64,000 bases of DNA from Candidatus Latescibacterota bacterium (GCA_965219455.1 OZ244744.1:416001-480000); one strand, 5' to 3'; numbered from the stretch's first letter, positions 37,635-47,960 are shown. Notes: generated from the letters alone by a model not told the origin. Numbers and translations are program-made.

Positions 37635-38603
37635 ATGAAAGCGATTCAAGTTTCCCGCACCGGCGGTCCCGAAGTCCTGTGCTATAAGGAAGTCCCGAAT
37701 CCGGAGCCCGGCCCGGGTGAAGCACTGGTCGAAATCGAAGCCATTGGTCTGAACTATATAGACACCTACCACCGCACGGGGCTTTTTCCGCTCGACTTGC
37801 CCTTTATTCCGGGCCTCGAGGCCGCGGGTACGGTGGCGGCTCTGGGTTCTGAAGTCACCGAATTCCAATTGGGGGACCGCGTGGCCTACGCAGGGGTGCC
37901 CTGCTCGTATGCCGAATTCGTGGCCGCGCCACGGGAGCGGCTCGTCAGACTTCCCGATGGCGTGGACGCCGCCGCCGGCGCGGCTGCCATGCTCCAGGGA
38001 ATGACATCCCATTATCTCGTGCACAGCACGTATGTCGTTGCGGAAGGCGACACCGTTCTCATCCACGCCGCCGCGGGCGGCGTGGGGCTCATCCTGGTCC
38101 AGATGGCGAAATTGCGGGGGGCGCGGGTTATCGGCACCGTGTCAACGGAAGAAAAAGCGCAACTGGCACGGGACGCGGGAGCGGATGAAACCATCAGATA
38201 CACCGAACAGGATTTCGAAGCCGAAGTCAATCGCCTCACGAATGGCGGGGGCGTGCACGTCGCATACGACTCGGTGGGGAAAACCACCTGGGAAAAAAGC
38301 ATGAATTGCCTTCGGCCCCGGGGTTGCCTCGTGCTCTTCGGCAATGCCAGCGGCCCCGTACCGCCCGTAGACCCGCTGCTGCTCTCCCGTCACGGCTCGA
38401 TATTCCTGACGCGCCCCACCCTTGTCGACTACACCGCGACCCGGGAGGAACTGCATCTTCGCGCCGGGGACGTGCTTGCCTGGCTGCAAACCGGCAAGCT
38501 CAGACTGCGCATCGACCGCACGCTTCCCCTTTCCAATGCGCCCGAGGCGCACCGGCTTCTGGAAGGCAGGCAGACGAAGGGCAAGGTGCTCCTGACCCCG
38601 TAG
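37635..38603 (+). CDS. qor: NADPH:quinone oxidoreductase (zeta-crystallin-like)
   Basis: GGPEVL, GLNYID.Y.RTG, AAMLQGMT..YL, HAAAGGVG, YDSVGK, FGNASG, GKVLL. Confidence 0.9.
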   Translation: MKAIQVSRTGGPEVLCYKEVPNPEPGPGEALVEIEAIGLNYIDTYHRTGLFPLDLPFIPGLEAAGTVAALGSEVTEFQLGDRVAYAGVPCSYAEFVAAPRERLVRLPDGVDAAAGAAAMLQGMTSHYLVHSTYVVAEGDTVLIHAAAGGVGLILVQMAKLRGARVIGTVSTEEKAQLARDAGADETIRYTEQDFEAEVNRLTNGGGVHVAYDSVGKTTWEKSMNCLRPRGCLVLFGNASGPVPPVDPLLLSRHGSIFLTRPTLVDYTATREELHLRAGDVLAWLQTGKLRLRIDRTLPLSNAPEAHRLLEGRQTKGKVLLTP

Positions 38604-38674
38604 AATACCTGAAATATAAACACGGGTCGAGCGTCTAGTTCGCCCCGTGTTCCGCGCGCATCCGCCTCAGGTCG

Positions 38675-39424
38675 TCAGATGCAGAGTTCCCGCCTGATTC
38701 CCCTGACATCCATCTCGAATTCAATCTCACACACCGGCGGTCGCGCACGGTACAACCTGAAACCGTGCCGCTGCGCCATTCCCACTCCGGGCAGCACGAC
38801 CTCATCCAGAACACCCTCCAGCGGGTGCGCCGTGTATACATCCACCGTCGTCACCTGGTCCCAATTCGCCCCCATGCCCGCCAGCCGCTCCGCCATCACC
38901 CGCACCACGTACGCCGCTTTTTCGCGCATCGCGTCAGGGCCTGTCTCGCCTCGCCTCACGATGCCGTCGTTCACCAACTCGCCTCCAAGCAATTCACCGG
39001 CACCCGCGACGACGAACGTACCGCTGTTTTCTTCGCGGCAGGGTATGGTGTACGAAAACCCGTGCATCACGGTCTCGCCCGGCGGATTGAGCAACGGGGC
39101 AACATTGGTTCGCGCCACCGGATTCATCCCGTCCACATGCAAGTCCCAGGATCTCAAAAGGTCACAATACGCCTCGTTGAACCTGATGAACCCGTGCATC
39201 GGATGAGGTTTCGGGCAGCGTAGTTCCACCCCGCAAAGCGCATGCCGGTCCCGACCCGAGTCACACAGATGCATATCGACCTTCTCAAACCCGGCCAGCC
39301 ACGGCAGCGCATCCTTCAACGTCGCGTGTACGACCTCGTACCCGGTCGCGGCAATCACCCCGCAGGAATAGGGAATAATTCCTTTGAGGAATTGATACCG
39401 CCCTTTTTTATTCTCAATAAGCAT
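38675..39424 (-). CDS. CnbZ-like (2-aminomuconate deaminase / RidA-related) protein
   Basis: YS.GV.A..GYE, ELR.P, GF..FN..Y, NPVARTNV.P, FSYT, RPPV...EFEMDVRG. Confidence 0.7.
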   Translation of the reverse strand: MLIENKKGRYQFLKGIIPYSCGVIAATGYEVVHATLKDALPWLAGFEKVDMHLCDSGRDRHALCGVELRCPKPHPMHGFIRFNEAYCDLLRSWDLHVDGMNPVARTNVAPLLNPPGETVMHGFSYTIPCREENSGTFVVAGAGELLGGELVNDGIVRRGETGPDAMREKAAYVVRVMAERLAGMGANWDQVTTVDVYTAHPLEGVLDEVVLPGVGMAQRHGFRLYRARPPVCEIEFEMDVRGIRRELCI

Positions 39425-39490
39425 AAATCGAAGCCGTGGAGACGGATCTTTCCCAGGAACCCGATCAGCCGATCGCGTGCCCTTCGCCGA

Positions 39491-39510
39491 CCCTTCGACA
39501 GGCTAAGGGT
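39491..39510. repeat. Single REP-like palindromic unit
   Basis: CCCTTCGACAGGCTAAGGGT, resembling the widespread CCCTTCGACA(A/G)GCTCAGGG intergenic repeat. Confidence 0.4.
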
Positions 39511-39556
39511 CTCGGTACGTTCATGTTCGTTGCGTGCGTTGCCTTCGTATCGATAC

Positions 39557-40615
39557 TCAATCCAGAGGGTGCCTCAGATACGCCATCAGCAGCCGCGCTG
39601 AATTCAGAATCCCTTCCATCGAACAGATCTCGTACCCGTGGGTATTTTCTCCCGGATACGCGATGCAGGCCGCCCGGCCGGCCGACCCGATCCGCTTCGC
39701 AATACTGGCATCGCTCCCATAGGAAGTCACTACGGCTGGCTGCGTTTCGAATCCCATCCGTGTTGCCAGCCCGTCCAGGTGACGCAACGTCCGTTCGTGG
39801 TAAACTCCCGACGCATCGCCCCATAGCAGAACCGGATTGCCGCAATTCTCAATCTGATACTCTTCGGCCACGGGTGCGATATCCAGCGCGACCGCCGTCT
39901 GAGCGGGCAGTTGTCCGATCGAAAACGCGGCGCCCTGCGCGCCGATCTCCTCCTCGGAACTTGCCACAAGATACACATCGCGCGGCGGCGGCGTTTCCGC
40001 CAGTTGCCTGGCCGCCTCGAGCAGGACGGCCAGTCCTGCCCTGCAGTCCAGATTGTAACCGCAAATGAAATCTCCCAGGAACACGGGTGGTTTTCGGGAC
40101 CGCGCCAGCACCGCCTTGCTGCCGCGATGCACGCCGAGTTCTCCCAGTTCCCCGGCGGAGCGCTTGGTCTCGATCCAGAACGTCTCCCATTTTATCGCCT
40201 TGCCGGTTTTCAGAGGACCGGCCGGACTTTCATCGGAAACATGCTTGGACCCTACGGAAAGGATGCCCGTCACCGGTTCATCTTCGGTCAGGACGTCAAC
40301 CGGCCCCTCGCCCATCGCCCACGGATGGAGCCCGCCCAGTGGACGCACGCGCAGACGTCCATCGTCCTGGACACGCTTGACCATGAGTGCGATCTCATCC
40401 TTGTGCGCCGTGACGGCAACCGGCGCGCCATCCCCCCGGCCCTTGATATGAACCACGATGCTCTCAGCGGCATCCTGCCAAACCGACGCCGCAAGGGGTC
40501 GCACCTCATCCATCACAATGGCGTCGACTTCGCCTTCGGCCCCTGGAGGGGCATGGGCCATAAGGAGTTTTTCCAGCAACTTCAATAAACGTGAACGATC
40601 AATTCGCACATCCAT
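39557..40615 (-). CDS. M42 family metallopeptidase/hydrolase
   Basis: P.G.EGE, AHKDEI, LDCRAG, SEEEIG, GSDA, THGYE; ATG 40615 with GGAGG. Confidence 0.85.
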   Translation of the reverse strand: MDVRIDRSRLLKLLEKLLMAHAPPGAEGEVDAIVMDEVRPLAASVWQDAAESIVVHIKGRGDGAPVAVTAHKDEIALMVKRVQDDGRLRVRPLGGLHPWAMGEGPVDVLTEDEPVTGILSVGSKHVSDESPAGPLKTGKAIKWETFWIETKRSAGELGELGVHRGSKAVLARSRKPPVFLGDFICGYNLDCRAGLAVLLEAARQLAETPPPRDVYLVASSEEEIGAQGAAFSIGQLPAQTAVALDIAPVAEEYQIENCGNPVLLWGDASGVYHERTLRHLDGLATRMGFETQPAVVTSYGSDASIAKRIGSAGRAACIAYPGENTHGYEICSMEGILNSARLLMAYLRHPLD

Positions 40616-40818
40616 CGGAATGCCTCCACAGACAGTCATTCGGCATGCCACCGCGGTCGCGTCACATCGGACGAAACATCGTGACGTAAGGAACCCGGAT
40701 CAGAAAGAACGATGCTTAGTGTATGCCGAATCGACCGGAAAATCCCGCGACCCGGCGCCGGTGAAAAGGACCCACGGAATCAGAAACGGAGATTCGCAGT
40801 CCGCATCGGAAATTTCGC

Positions 40819-40847
40819 TTGACATCCTGGTAAAAACGCCAAATATT
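40819..40847 (+). promoter_or_regulatory. Sigma70-type promoter of the sigma factor gene
   Basis: TTGACA-N17-AATATT. Confidence 0.55.
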
Positions 40848-40928
40848 CAGGTTGATTTCATCTCATACGTCCTCCCGCCGGTTGCAGAATCCCATCCACT
40901 GATCGCACATCCAATCGAGGTGATCTTC

Positions 40929-41791
40929 GTGGCCAGAAAGAGCGGAATCTACCGCGATGAGGTGAAAGATTCATTGCATCGCTACCTGGAGGACGTTGCC
41001 ACGTCCGAGCCGTTGTCGGCCCAGGAGGAAGTCGTTCTCGCCCGCCGAATCAAGAAGGGTGACCTCAAAGCCCGCAAGAAGCTTGTCGAGGCCAATCTTC
41101 GATTTGTCATTACCGTGCCCGCGAATATCAGAACCAGGGCGTTCCGCTGGCAGATTTAATCAGCGCGGGCAACCTGGGGCTCATCACGGCCGCGGAGCGA
41201 TTCGACGAAACCAGGGGTTTCAAGTTTATTTCGTACGCGGTCTGGTGGATTCGCCAATCTATCCTGCAAACCCTGGCGGAACATTCCAGGGTTGTGCGTC
41301 TTCCGCTGAACCGGGTGGACCTTCTGCGCCGTATCTCCCGCTACGTGAACAACCGGCAGCAGGTGACGTCCGGGCGACCTCCGGAAGAAGAAATCGCGGA
41401 GGAGCTGGGCATCACGGTCGAACAGGTGGTCGATACCCTCGCCAGCGGACAGCGCATCCTCTCGCTCGACATGACCTTCGGCGAAGACGAAGAAAACAGC
41501 CTGCTCGAAATCATGACGGACGAAAACCAGGAATCGCCGGACCATCTTCTCATGCAAAATTCACTTGAAGATGAGATCTTCGCGGCGCTGGATACACTGG
41601 AAGCAAGGGAACGGGAAGTCATTCGCCTCTATTTTGGCCTGGACGGCGACGTCGAGATGACCCTGGAAGAAATCGGTATCCGGTTCAGACTCACCCGTGA
41701 ACGCGTCCGGCAGATCAAAGAAAAAGCGCTCCGGAAGCTCCGCCACCCCACGAGAGGGCGCAAACTCATGCCCTATTCCGACGGCGCCTGA
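40929..41791 (+). pseudogene. RpoD/SigA-family sigma factor (short FCB type) with a one-base frameshift near 41117
   Basis: Frame 1 gives ...SLHRYL...LVEANLRFVITV; the shifted frame gives AREYQNQGVPLADLISAGNLGL...FKFISYAVWWIRQ...TLEEIG...TRERVRQIKEKAL. One G is missing in GTG[G]CCCGC. Could be a sequencing error. Confidence 0.85.
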
Positions 41792-41816
41792 ACAGAGACC
41801 TTGCAACAACCGTGAA

Positions 41817-41853
41817 AATCGAGGCCGGACGACTGGAACGTCCGGCCTCGATT
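41817..41853. terminator. Hairpin terminator between convergent genes
   Basis: 15-bp stem AATCGAGGCCGGACG/CGTCCGGCCTCGATT. Confidence 0.7.
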
Positions 41854-42691
41854 AACACCCTTTCACAATATCACCCAGTTCTTCTGCCGTCGCCCACAGC
41901 AGCGGAATGAGCAAATCTTCTTTAACCGAGCCATCGTGCATTCCACGATTCCCACCTTCGTCCCTTACGCGACGAGGAGACTCATGCATTCCGTGATCCG
42001 CCAGGATTATCACCGCGTATCCGGATGTCGCAAGACAGGCCAGCAGGCCTTTCAGATGCCGATCCATCTCCATGGCGGCCTGCCGGACCTCCGGCGCGTA
42101 AGGACCATACTGGTGACCGGCTTCGTCAATGTCCAGCAAATGTACAAACGCGAACGCGGGCAAACTCTCAACGATAAAACCGGGAACCTGGCCGTAAATC
42201 TCCTTATCGTTCCGTTCCTCAGCCAGCACCGTTCGGTCGGCAAACCGCTCTATATCCAATCCTGCCACATCCCGTTTGTGCACCGCCATCAACGTCTGCC
42301 CGCCCGCGTCTCTCACCCGATTGAAAACGGTATCCATTTGGGAGGAACGGGTGGCCCGGATCATTGTCTGTAAATCCGTCACGCCGTGCGAGGACGGAGA
42401 CACACCGGTCAACATCGTCGAAATGCAAATATAGGTCATCGACGGCAGCACGGAATGGACCTCAAGATGCCGACGCGCCGCGATCCGGTTCAACATCGGC
42501 ACGGCATCGCGAACAAATGCCCACAATGACGAGCCGAAACCGTCCACCACCACCAATGCAAGCCGGTCTGCGGCCTGCAGGGTCTCGACGACCTCCGCAA
42601 TCGGCGGCGCCTCGGCGCCTTCAGGCGCCGGCACGTTGAGTACACGGGCAACGGTCGGAGCGATAGCCCGCAAGTCAATCATTGCAGCCAT
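41852..42691 (-). CDS. Alkaline phosphatase superfamily (nucleotide pyrophosphatase/phosphodiesterase-like) protein
   Basis: VVVDGFG, PSMT, LTG..P..HG, DEAGH..GP, ADHG. Confidence 0.75.
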   Translation of the reverse strand: MAAMIDLRAIAPTVARVLNVPAPEGAEAPPIAEVVETLQAADRLALVVVDGFGSSLWAFVRDAVPMLNRIAARRHLEVHSVLPSMTYICISTMLTGVSPSSHGVTDLQTMIRATRSSQMDTVFNRVRDAGGQTLMAVHKRDVAGLDIERFADRTVLAEERNDKEIYGQVPGFIVESLPAFAFVHLLDIDEAGHQYGPYAPEVRQAAMEMDRHLKGLLACLATSGYAVIILADHGMHESPRRVRDEGGNRGMHDGSVKEDLLIPLLWATAEELGDIVKGC

Positions 42692-44057
42692 AACAAACCC
42701 TCATATCCAGAACCAGTTTTTTGAACCGGTCACCGCGCTCTTCGAAATTGCGAAAGCAATCATAGCTGGCCGATGCCGGAGAGAACAACACGGTATTGCC
42801 GGATTCTGCCCACCGCGCTGCGGCAGACACGGCGGCGTCCAGTGAATCCGCCGGTAAAATGCGTGTCGGGGATCCGGCCGGTACCGAAGCCGCTAACGCG
42901 TCCGCCGTCTGACCCGTCAGGATCAGATGCGACACCCTCCGCCCGATATGGCAACCCAGCGCGTCGTATGCCAAACCCTTGTCGTACCCCCCCGCGATTA
43001 ACACCACACCCGACGGAAGGGCCGCAAGCGCCACCTGCGTCCGGTCCGGACTTGTCGCGATCGAATCGTTATAGTACGTAACGCCTCCGATTTCGGCCAC
43101 CCGCTCCAACCTGTGGGGCACACCTTTGAACGTGCGGAGTACGGTTGCAATATCCGCTTCGTTCACGCCATTGGATAGTGCGGCCCCGCAGGCGGCCAGC
43201 GCGTTTGCCAGGTTATGCCGTCCTGGCAGAGCCACCGCGTTGACCGGACAAACGGTTTTTTCGGAATGCCCGACCCGGTGGCGTATTTTTCTATCGCCCA
43301 GGTAGACGTCGCAACCCGACGTCCGTTTCGTGCTGAACACGATGCGGCGCCCGTCACCGGACCACTGCCGGATTTCAGGGTCGTCTCCATTCAACACCAT
43401 CACGTCATGCACACCCTGATGGGCAATTATCTGCCGTTTCGCTCGTTTATAGGCCTGCAATGAACCGTGCATATCCAGGTGATTGGGGGCAAAATTCGTG
43501 ATTACGGCAGTCTGCGGACTCCATTCCATTTCGGTCAGCCGGTCGAGCTGAAAGCTGGACAGTTCGAGTACGACGTGCGTGTCCAACGAGATTTCCTCCA
43601 ACCGATCCAGCAGAGACCCCCCGATATTTCCGCCCACCATCGTCCGTGGCGCCTTACGCCGCATCATCCTCCCGACCAAAGACGTCGTCGTTGTCTTTCC
43701 GCTGCTGCCAGTAACCCCTACGACCGGCGCCCTGCATCGCTCTACAAACAGGCATATTTCCGTTGTTACGGGGACTCCCCTTTTCTCGGCTATCCTCAAG
43801 AACCGGGATGACCTCGGCACGCCGGGATTGGCCACGACAAGATCCGTCCCCCGGAAATCCGACGCCTCATGTCCGCCCAGCCGGTAGACAACGGGCAACG
43901 GCTCCAGTGCCCGCAGCGACTCCCGCAGCGCCTCGGCCGGTCGCAGATCGGTAACGGTCACCCGCGCTCCCTCCCTGCACAGAAACCGCACCGCGCCCAC
44001 GCCGCCGCCGAAAAGGCCCAGGCCCATGACGAGCACGCGCCGCCCTTCCAGCGACAT
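42675..44057 (-). CDS. murD: UDP-N-acetylmuramoyl-L-alanine--D-glutamate ligase
   Basis: GLGLFG, GVTGSSGKTTT, GGNIG, LELSSFQL, NHLDMH, HRLE, YNDSIAT, SPASASYD.F.NFEERG. Confidence 0.95.
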   Translation of the reverse strand: MSLEGRRVLVMGLGLFGGGVGAVRFLCREGARVTVTDLRPAEALRESLRALEPLPVVYRLGGHEASDFRGTDLVVANPGVPRSSRFLRIAEKRGVPVTTEICLFVERCRAPVVGVTGSSGKTTTTSLVGRMMRRKAPRTMVGGNIGGSLLDRLEEISLDTHVVLELSSFQLDRLTEMEWSPQTAVITNFAPNHLDMHGSLQAYKRAKRQIIAHQGVHDVMVLNGDDPEIRQWSGDGRRIVFSTKRTSGCDVYLGDRKIRHRVGHSEKTVCPVNAVALPGRHNLANALAACGAALSNGVNEADIATVLRTFKGVPHRLERVAEIGGVTYYNDSIATSPDRTQVALAALPSGVVLIAGGYDKGLAYDALGCHIGRRVSHLILTGQTADALAASVPAGSPTRILPADSLDAAVSAAARWAESGNTVLFSPASASYDCFRNFEERGDRFKKLVLDMRVCYGCND

Positions 44058-44686
44058 CACGGCTCACGCCCTTCCAACTTCGAAATCCTGCCACGCAACT
44101 CGAGCAGATCGAGGATTTGCTGCGCCGCCTCCTGGGGCGAACATTCGGCAGCCTTTATCACGAGTTCCGGATTCTCAGGCACCTCGTAAGGATCCGAGAC
44201 CCCTGTAAAATCCGGTATCTCACCCGCCCGCGCCTTTTTGTAAAGCCCCTTGGGATCCCTTTCTTCACAGATCTCCAGGGGGGTATCGACGAAAACCTCC
44301 AGAAAATCGCCCTGGTCCAGCATTCCACGAACCCCGTCCCTGTCGGCTTTGTACGGACTCACGAAGCTGCTTATCGCAAGGATCCCGGCATCCACAAACA
44401 GCTTTCCCACCTCGCCGATACGGCGTATATTCTCAGCCCTGTCCTCGGCCGAAAAACCCAGGTTCCTGTTCAGCCCGTGCCGGATATTGTCTCCGTCCAG
44501 TACATAGGCCAGTTGTCCCCGAGCGACGAGCGCGTGCTCTACGGTAAACGCTATGGTACTTTTCCCCGAGGAAGGCAGTCCGGTTAACCACACCAGACAC
44601 CCCGGCTGCGCCAACAGCCTCTCCCGCTCCGCCCGACTGACATGGCCTTCGTGCCACACAATATTGGTTGCTTTCGCTGCCGTCAA
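44057..44686 (-). CDS. cysC: Adenylyl-sulfate kinase
   Basis: NIVWH, WLTGLPSSGKST, LDGDNIRHGL, RDPKGLYKKARAGEI..FTGVSDPYE; TTG start with AAGGAGG. Confidence 0.95.
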   Translation of the reverse strand: MTAAKATNIVWHEGHVSRAERERLLAQPGCLVWLTGLPSSGKSTIAFTVEHALVARGQLAYVLDGDNIRHGLNRNLGFSAEDRAENIRRIGEVGKLFVDAGILAISSFVSPYKADRDGVRGMLDQGDFLEVFVDTPLEICEERDPKGLYKKARAGEIPDFTGVSDPYEVPENPELVIKAAECSPQEAAQQILDLLELRGRISKLEGREP

Positions 44687-44846
44687 GAACAGCCTCCTTG
44701 TATTGGAAACGTATACTTCGACTTGCCAGCCTTGCGGGAATCCGATCCATTCAGCCGGGGCATAGGCCCGAACGGGCAGCCTTCCGCGGCCCATTCGAAA
44801 TACGCTCGTTCGCCGTCGAATCTCCGCATCCAAACCGCACCAATTG

Positions 44847-45755
44847 TCAATCTGAAATTGACGCGCTGTATACGGGAATCCGGTCGACGGGCCGGAATTT
44901 TCGCTTATGTTGCCGCAATCCTGGCAGCCCCAGATCTCCGGCATCATTGACAAGATCGTAATCCATCAGGGCCCGGTAGACCTCCGTTCTCAAATATTCC
45001 GACAATCCCCGCACGTCGGGATCCGTTTTTGCGATAAAAAAATTGGCCAGCCCCGCGTGCATCCGGCCCGCGATCGCGAAGGCCGCGATCCGGCCCTCCA
45101 CCTCCACGCACCAGCCCTGAAGTTCTTCGGATCTCCAGTGTCCATACATCGATAACGCCGACCGTGTATATCCCCAGTCAAGCAGGAAATCCCTCTTGCG
45201 CCCCTGCCGTTTCCGCCAATATTGTAAAAGCGCCTGGCAGGCTGGCACGTCCGCGGGCGTCATTTCCCGAAAATTCGGATCCGCCTCCCTTCGGAAGCGC
45301 CTCAGTCTCTTGCGCAGATCCCGGTACGGCCGTCCCACGGCCGCCACGACCTTAGACGGATTGTACAGATATTCACGCGACTTGATCCGAACATCAAGTC
45401 GATCCCGCGGCAGGCGCAGCCTGTCCGCCTCATCCAGCCACAAAATGCGTGGATATCGACCTTCGTTGATCGCACGCATCCGGTCCAACATGGAAACGAG
45501 GGGGTCAGCCGACAGCGGAATCGGAGGTACGACAAGATCGAACCAAACGCGGCCATTTCTGGTCGCGCGACGCACGGGAAGCCAAAGCGCGCCCTCGTGC
45601 TCGGCCACGAACACTTCCCGTGCCGGAGGCAGGCTGAAACAACAAAGGAAGGGGGCGTAATAACACCACGCGCTCTTCAACGCAGACGCGAATATCCCCT
45701 GCAATCGGCCAGTATGCACGGGGTGAATGGGTTCGGCTTCAAACGGCAGATTCAT
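44847..45755 (-). CDS. DUF2156 / aminoacyl-tRNA-dependent transferase-like domain protein
   Basis: EYLY, C-terminal VNDAGDLGLPGLRQHKRKFRP matching the DUF2156 pattern N..DLG..GLR..K..Y.P. Confidence 0.7.
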   Translation of the reverse strand: MNLPFEAEPIHPVHTGRLQGIFASALKSAWCYYAPFLCCFSLPPAREVFVAEHEGALWLPVRRATRNGRVWFDLVVPPIPLSADPLVSMLDRMRAINEGRYPRILWLDEADRLRLPRDRLDVRIKSREYLYNPSKVVAAVGRPYRDLRKRLRRFRREADPNFREMTPADVPACQALLQYWRKRQGRKRDFLLDWGYTRSALSMYGHWRSEELQGWCVEVEGRIAAFAIAGRMHAGLANFFIAKTDPDVRGLSEYLRTEVYRALMDYDLVNDAGDLGLPGLRQHKRKFRPVDRIPVYSASISD

Positions 45756-46810
45756 CCCGTCTTCCGTGTCCGGTCGGCCGTGTAAAGCGATCCCTTATAG
45801 AAACCACGGACCAGGGGTGTCAACCGGTCCGTCGCAACCGTGCGAATCACCTGACTGACACCGGCCAGCATTTGGGCGCCGTCGTACCGATTGAAATCCG
45901 GAACGATCTCGACCGGCGCCAGACCGGTTTCCGTGATTGTCCTCACGGCGGCTAACGTCTCCTCGGGCCTGCGGTTGCCGAAGCAGATATATCCCTGCTT
46001 GCCCACCTCCGGCCGAAGCCCGGCTGCACCACGGGAAACGAACAGAGACAGCCCCGCAAGCGTATAGGGTGGATCGGTGAAAAACAGATCGAAATCTGCG
46101 GACATATCGCCTGGCAGATCCGACCTCAAGTCGTGTTCGACGGCCTCGACGGCCTGTCCCGTTTCATGCGACGCGGCGTTCAGATAGGCCACCAGCCGCG
46201 GATCGCATTCCAACACCACCACACGACGCACTGAAATTCCCAGGAAGTCCGCGAGAAGGCCGATCGCCAGAGAGGTGAGGTCGTCGTCTCCCAGAATCAG
46301 GATGTCCCGCCCTTCAAAACCGTCGTTTTCATACAGATACATGGCGCGCCGCAACGCGGTTTCCGCAGTCGCATGGGATTGATCCAGCCGCACGTCAACA
46401 GCCGGCCTCTGTTCCCCGAATGCCTCCATCCGTGCATGCAACGAACGCATCTCGTCGTCCAGCACGGGAAAATCCGGCCTCTGAAACCGCCGCCTACAAC
46501 CCAGACCCAGCTGTTTTTCAACCGCATTCCGACCGGCGGAAGACAGAATGACACCCCCACGTCTCTCCACCCAACCCCTTGATTCCAACTCGCCTCGTAC
46601 CGCCGCCACCACCGGAACCGGCAAACCCGTCTCCCGAGCCAGGTCGCGAACCGGCAGCGTCCCCGCCCGATAAATGGCCCTCAATATACAGCGAACGCCT
46701 TCCGGGCCCTCCGCCAGGCGCGCATCGGCCGCCACATCCGCAAGTACATTTCCCGAATGCCGGTTTTCAGTCCTGTTCGGCTTCCGTGTCCGTTGCCTCA
46801 CCGTCTCCAT
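45752..46810 (-). CDS. BpsA-like (N4-bis(aminopropyl)spermidine synthase / DUF43) protein with N-terminal wHTH
   Basis: DQSHATAET..RR, ILILGDDDLTSLA, HDLR, DPPYT..GL.LF.SRG; start uncertain. Confidence 0.7.
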   Translation of the reverse strand: METVRQRTRKPNRTENRHSGNVLADVAADARLAEGPEGVRCILRAIYRAGTLPVRDLARETGLPVPVVAAVRGELESRGWVERRGGVILSSAGRNAVEKQLGLGCRRRFQRPDFPVLDDEMRSLHARMEAFGEQRPAVDVRLDQSHATAETALRRAMYLYENDGFEGRDILILGDDDLTSLAIGLLADFLGISVRRVVVLECDPRLVAYLNAASHETGQAVEAVEHDLRSDLPGDMSADFDLFFTDPPYTLAGLSLFVSRGAAGLRPEVGKQGYICFGNRRPEETLAAVRTITETGLAPVEIVPDFNRYDGAQMLAGVSQVIRTVATDRLTPLVRGFYKGSLYTADRTRKTG

Positions 46811-47960
46811 TCTCCGATACCACGGACGTGTCCTCACCCGTCTCCCCGCCGCCGTTGTCCGACACTTCCTCGTCCGCAGGCTGGTCCTCCTCTTCCTCCG
46901 CCCCGTCGTCCTCCCACTCGAGCAGATTCTCATCGTCCTTGCGTTTCCGAAGAATCACGTAAATCAGGCTGATACCCGAAGCATAGGCGGACAACACGTA
47001 TGAACTGAAGATAACCGTGAGTAGAATCAACATCACGCCCAGAATTCCGCCTGCCAGCAGTTCGGATCCGGAAGGGGTACCTGCCGGCGGCAGAAACGCC
47101 GTAATGTCCAGGGACAACCAATCGCAACGGGTGAAGTCAAACGGAACATACCGGCCCGCGACGTAGACCATATTGGCCAGTTTTTCTTTCATAAACAGGC
47201 CGCAGGCCCAGCTGACCAACCCCATTGCGGAGGCCATAAAGGTTCCCAGCAAAACCGAGCCTATAAGGACAGAAATCTTCATCCAGAGCAAATACAATAC
47301 CAGCCGCCATGGCTGGCTCCAGGCCAACGAAAAGGACTGGATGGCCACCTCGAGCGCGTCTTCGCCCACCGTCCCCACGACCGCCGGAGACATCGTTATG
47401 GAAACGACAAACGCGATCGATATAAAAATAGCAACCAGCGCAGCAAAAAGGATCGGAATGAAGAAAATCCCGAATACCACTTCTCCCGCCCAGGGGATCA
47501 TCCCGGCCAGCCACCCGATCACGATGCCCGCGACGACAAAGAAGATCAACAGTGCCAGCGTGGCCACCGGCCCCCAGACAACGCCGCCCCAGTTCTGTCT
47601 GATAAATCCCCATGCGTCGCCCGAGGAATAAAAATCGTCTCCCTTAAGTTGCTGGTAGGTAATTTTGCAGATCATGCACACCGTCAAAAAAACCACAACC
47701 CATACATATAGCATTGCAACCACGTCGATCGCCGTGCCCGCCAGTGTGGCAGGAAATGGTGCAGGCCCGGGGAAAAGCCCGTACCGTTGCCAGATCTGTC
47801 CGAGCGTGGCCCCTGCCAGAAGCTGGTCGACAATGCCCAGGATGGAATATCCGGCATAGGCGATCAGCGTGCCGCACAAGCCCACCCAGATCTTTTTGCC
47901 GGACCATCCGAGCCGAACCGCTCGAAAGATATCCCGAATGTCAAAATGCAACTTGAACAT
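46767..47960 (-). CDS. Polytopic membrane protein with an acidic C-terminal tail
   Basis: About 6-7 hydrophobic helices; EWEDDGAEEEEDQPADEE tail; AGGAGAGG RBS. Confidence 0.75.
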   Translation of the reverse strand: MFKLHFDIRDIFRAVRLGWSGKKIWVGLCGTLIAYAGYSILGIVDQLLAGATLGQIWQRYGLFPGPAPFPATLAGTAIDVVAMLYVWVVVFLTVCMICKITYQQLKGDDFYSSGDAWGFIRQNWGGVVWGPVATLALLIFFVVAGIVIGWLAGMIPWAGEVVFGIFFIPILFAALVAIFISIAFVVSITMSPAVVGTVGEDALEVAIQSFSLAWSQPWRLVLYLLWMKISVLIGSVLLGTFMASAMGLVSWACGLFMKEKLANMVYVAGRYVPFDFTRCDWLSLDITAFLPPAGTPSGSELLAGGILGVMLILLTVIFSSYVLSAYASGISLIYVILRKRKDDENLLEWEDDGAEEEEDQPADEEVSDNGGGETGEDTSVVSENGDGEATDTEAEQD

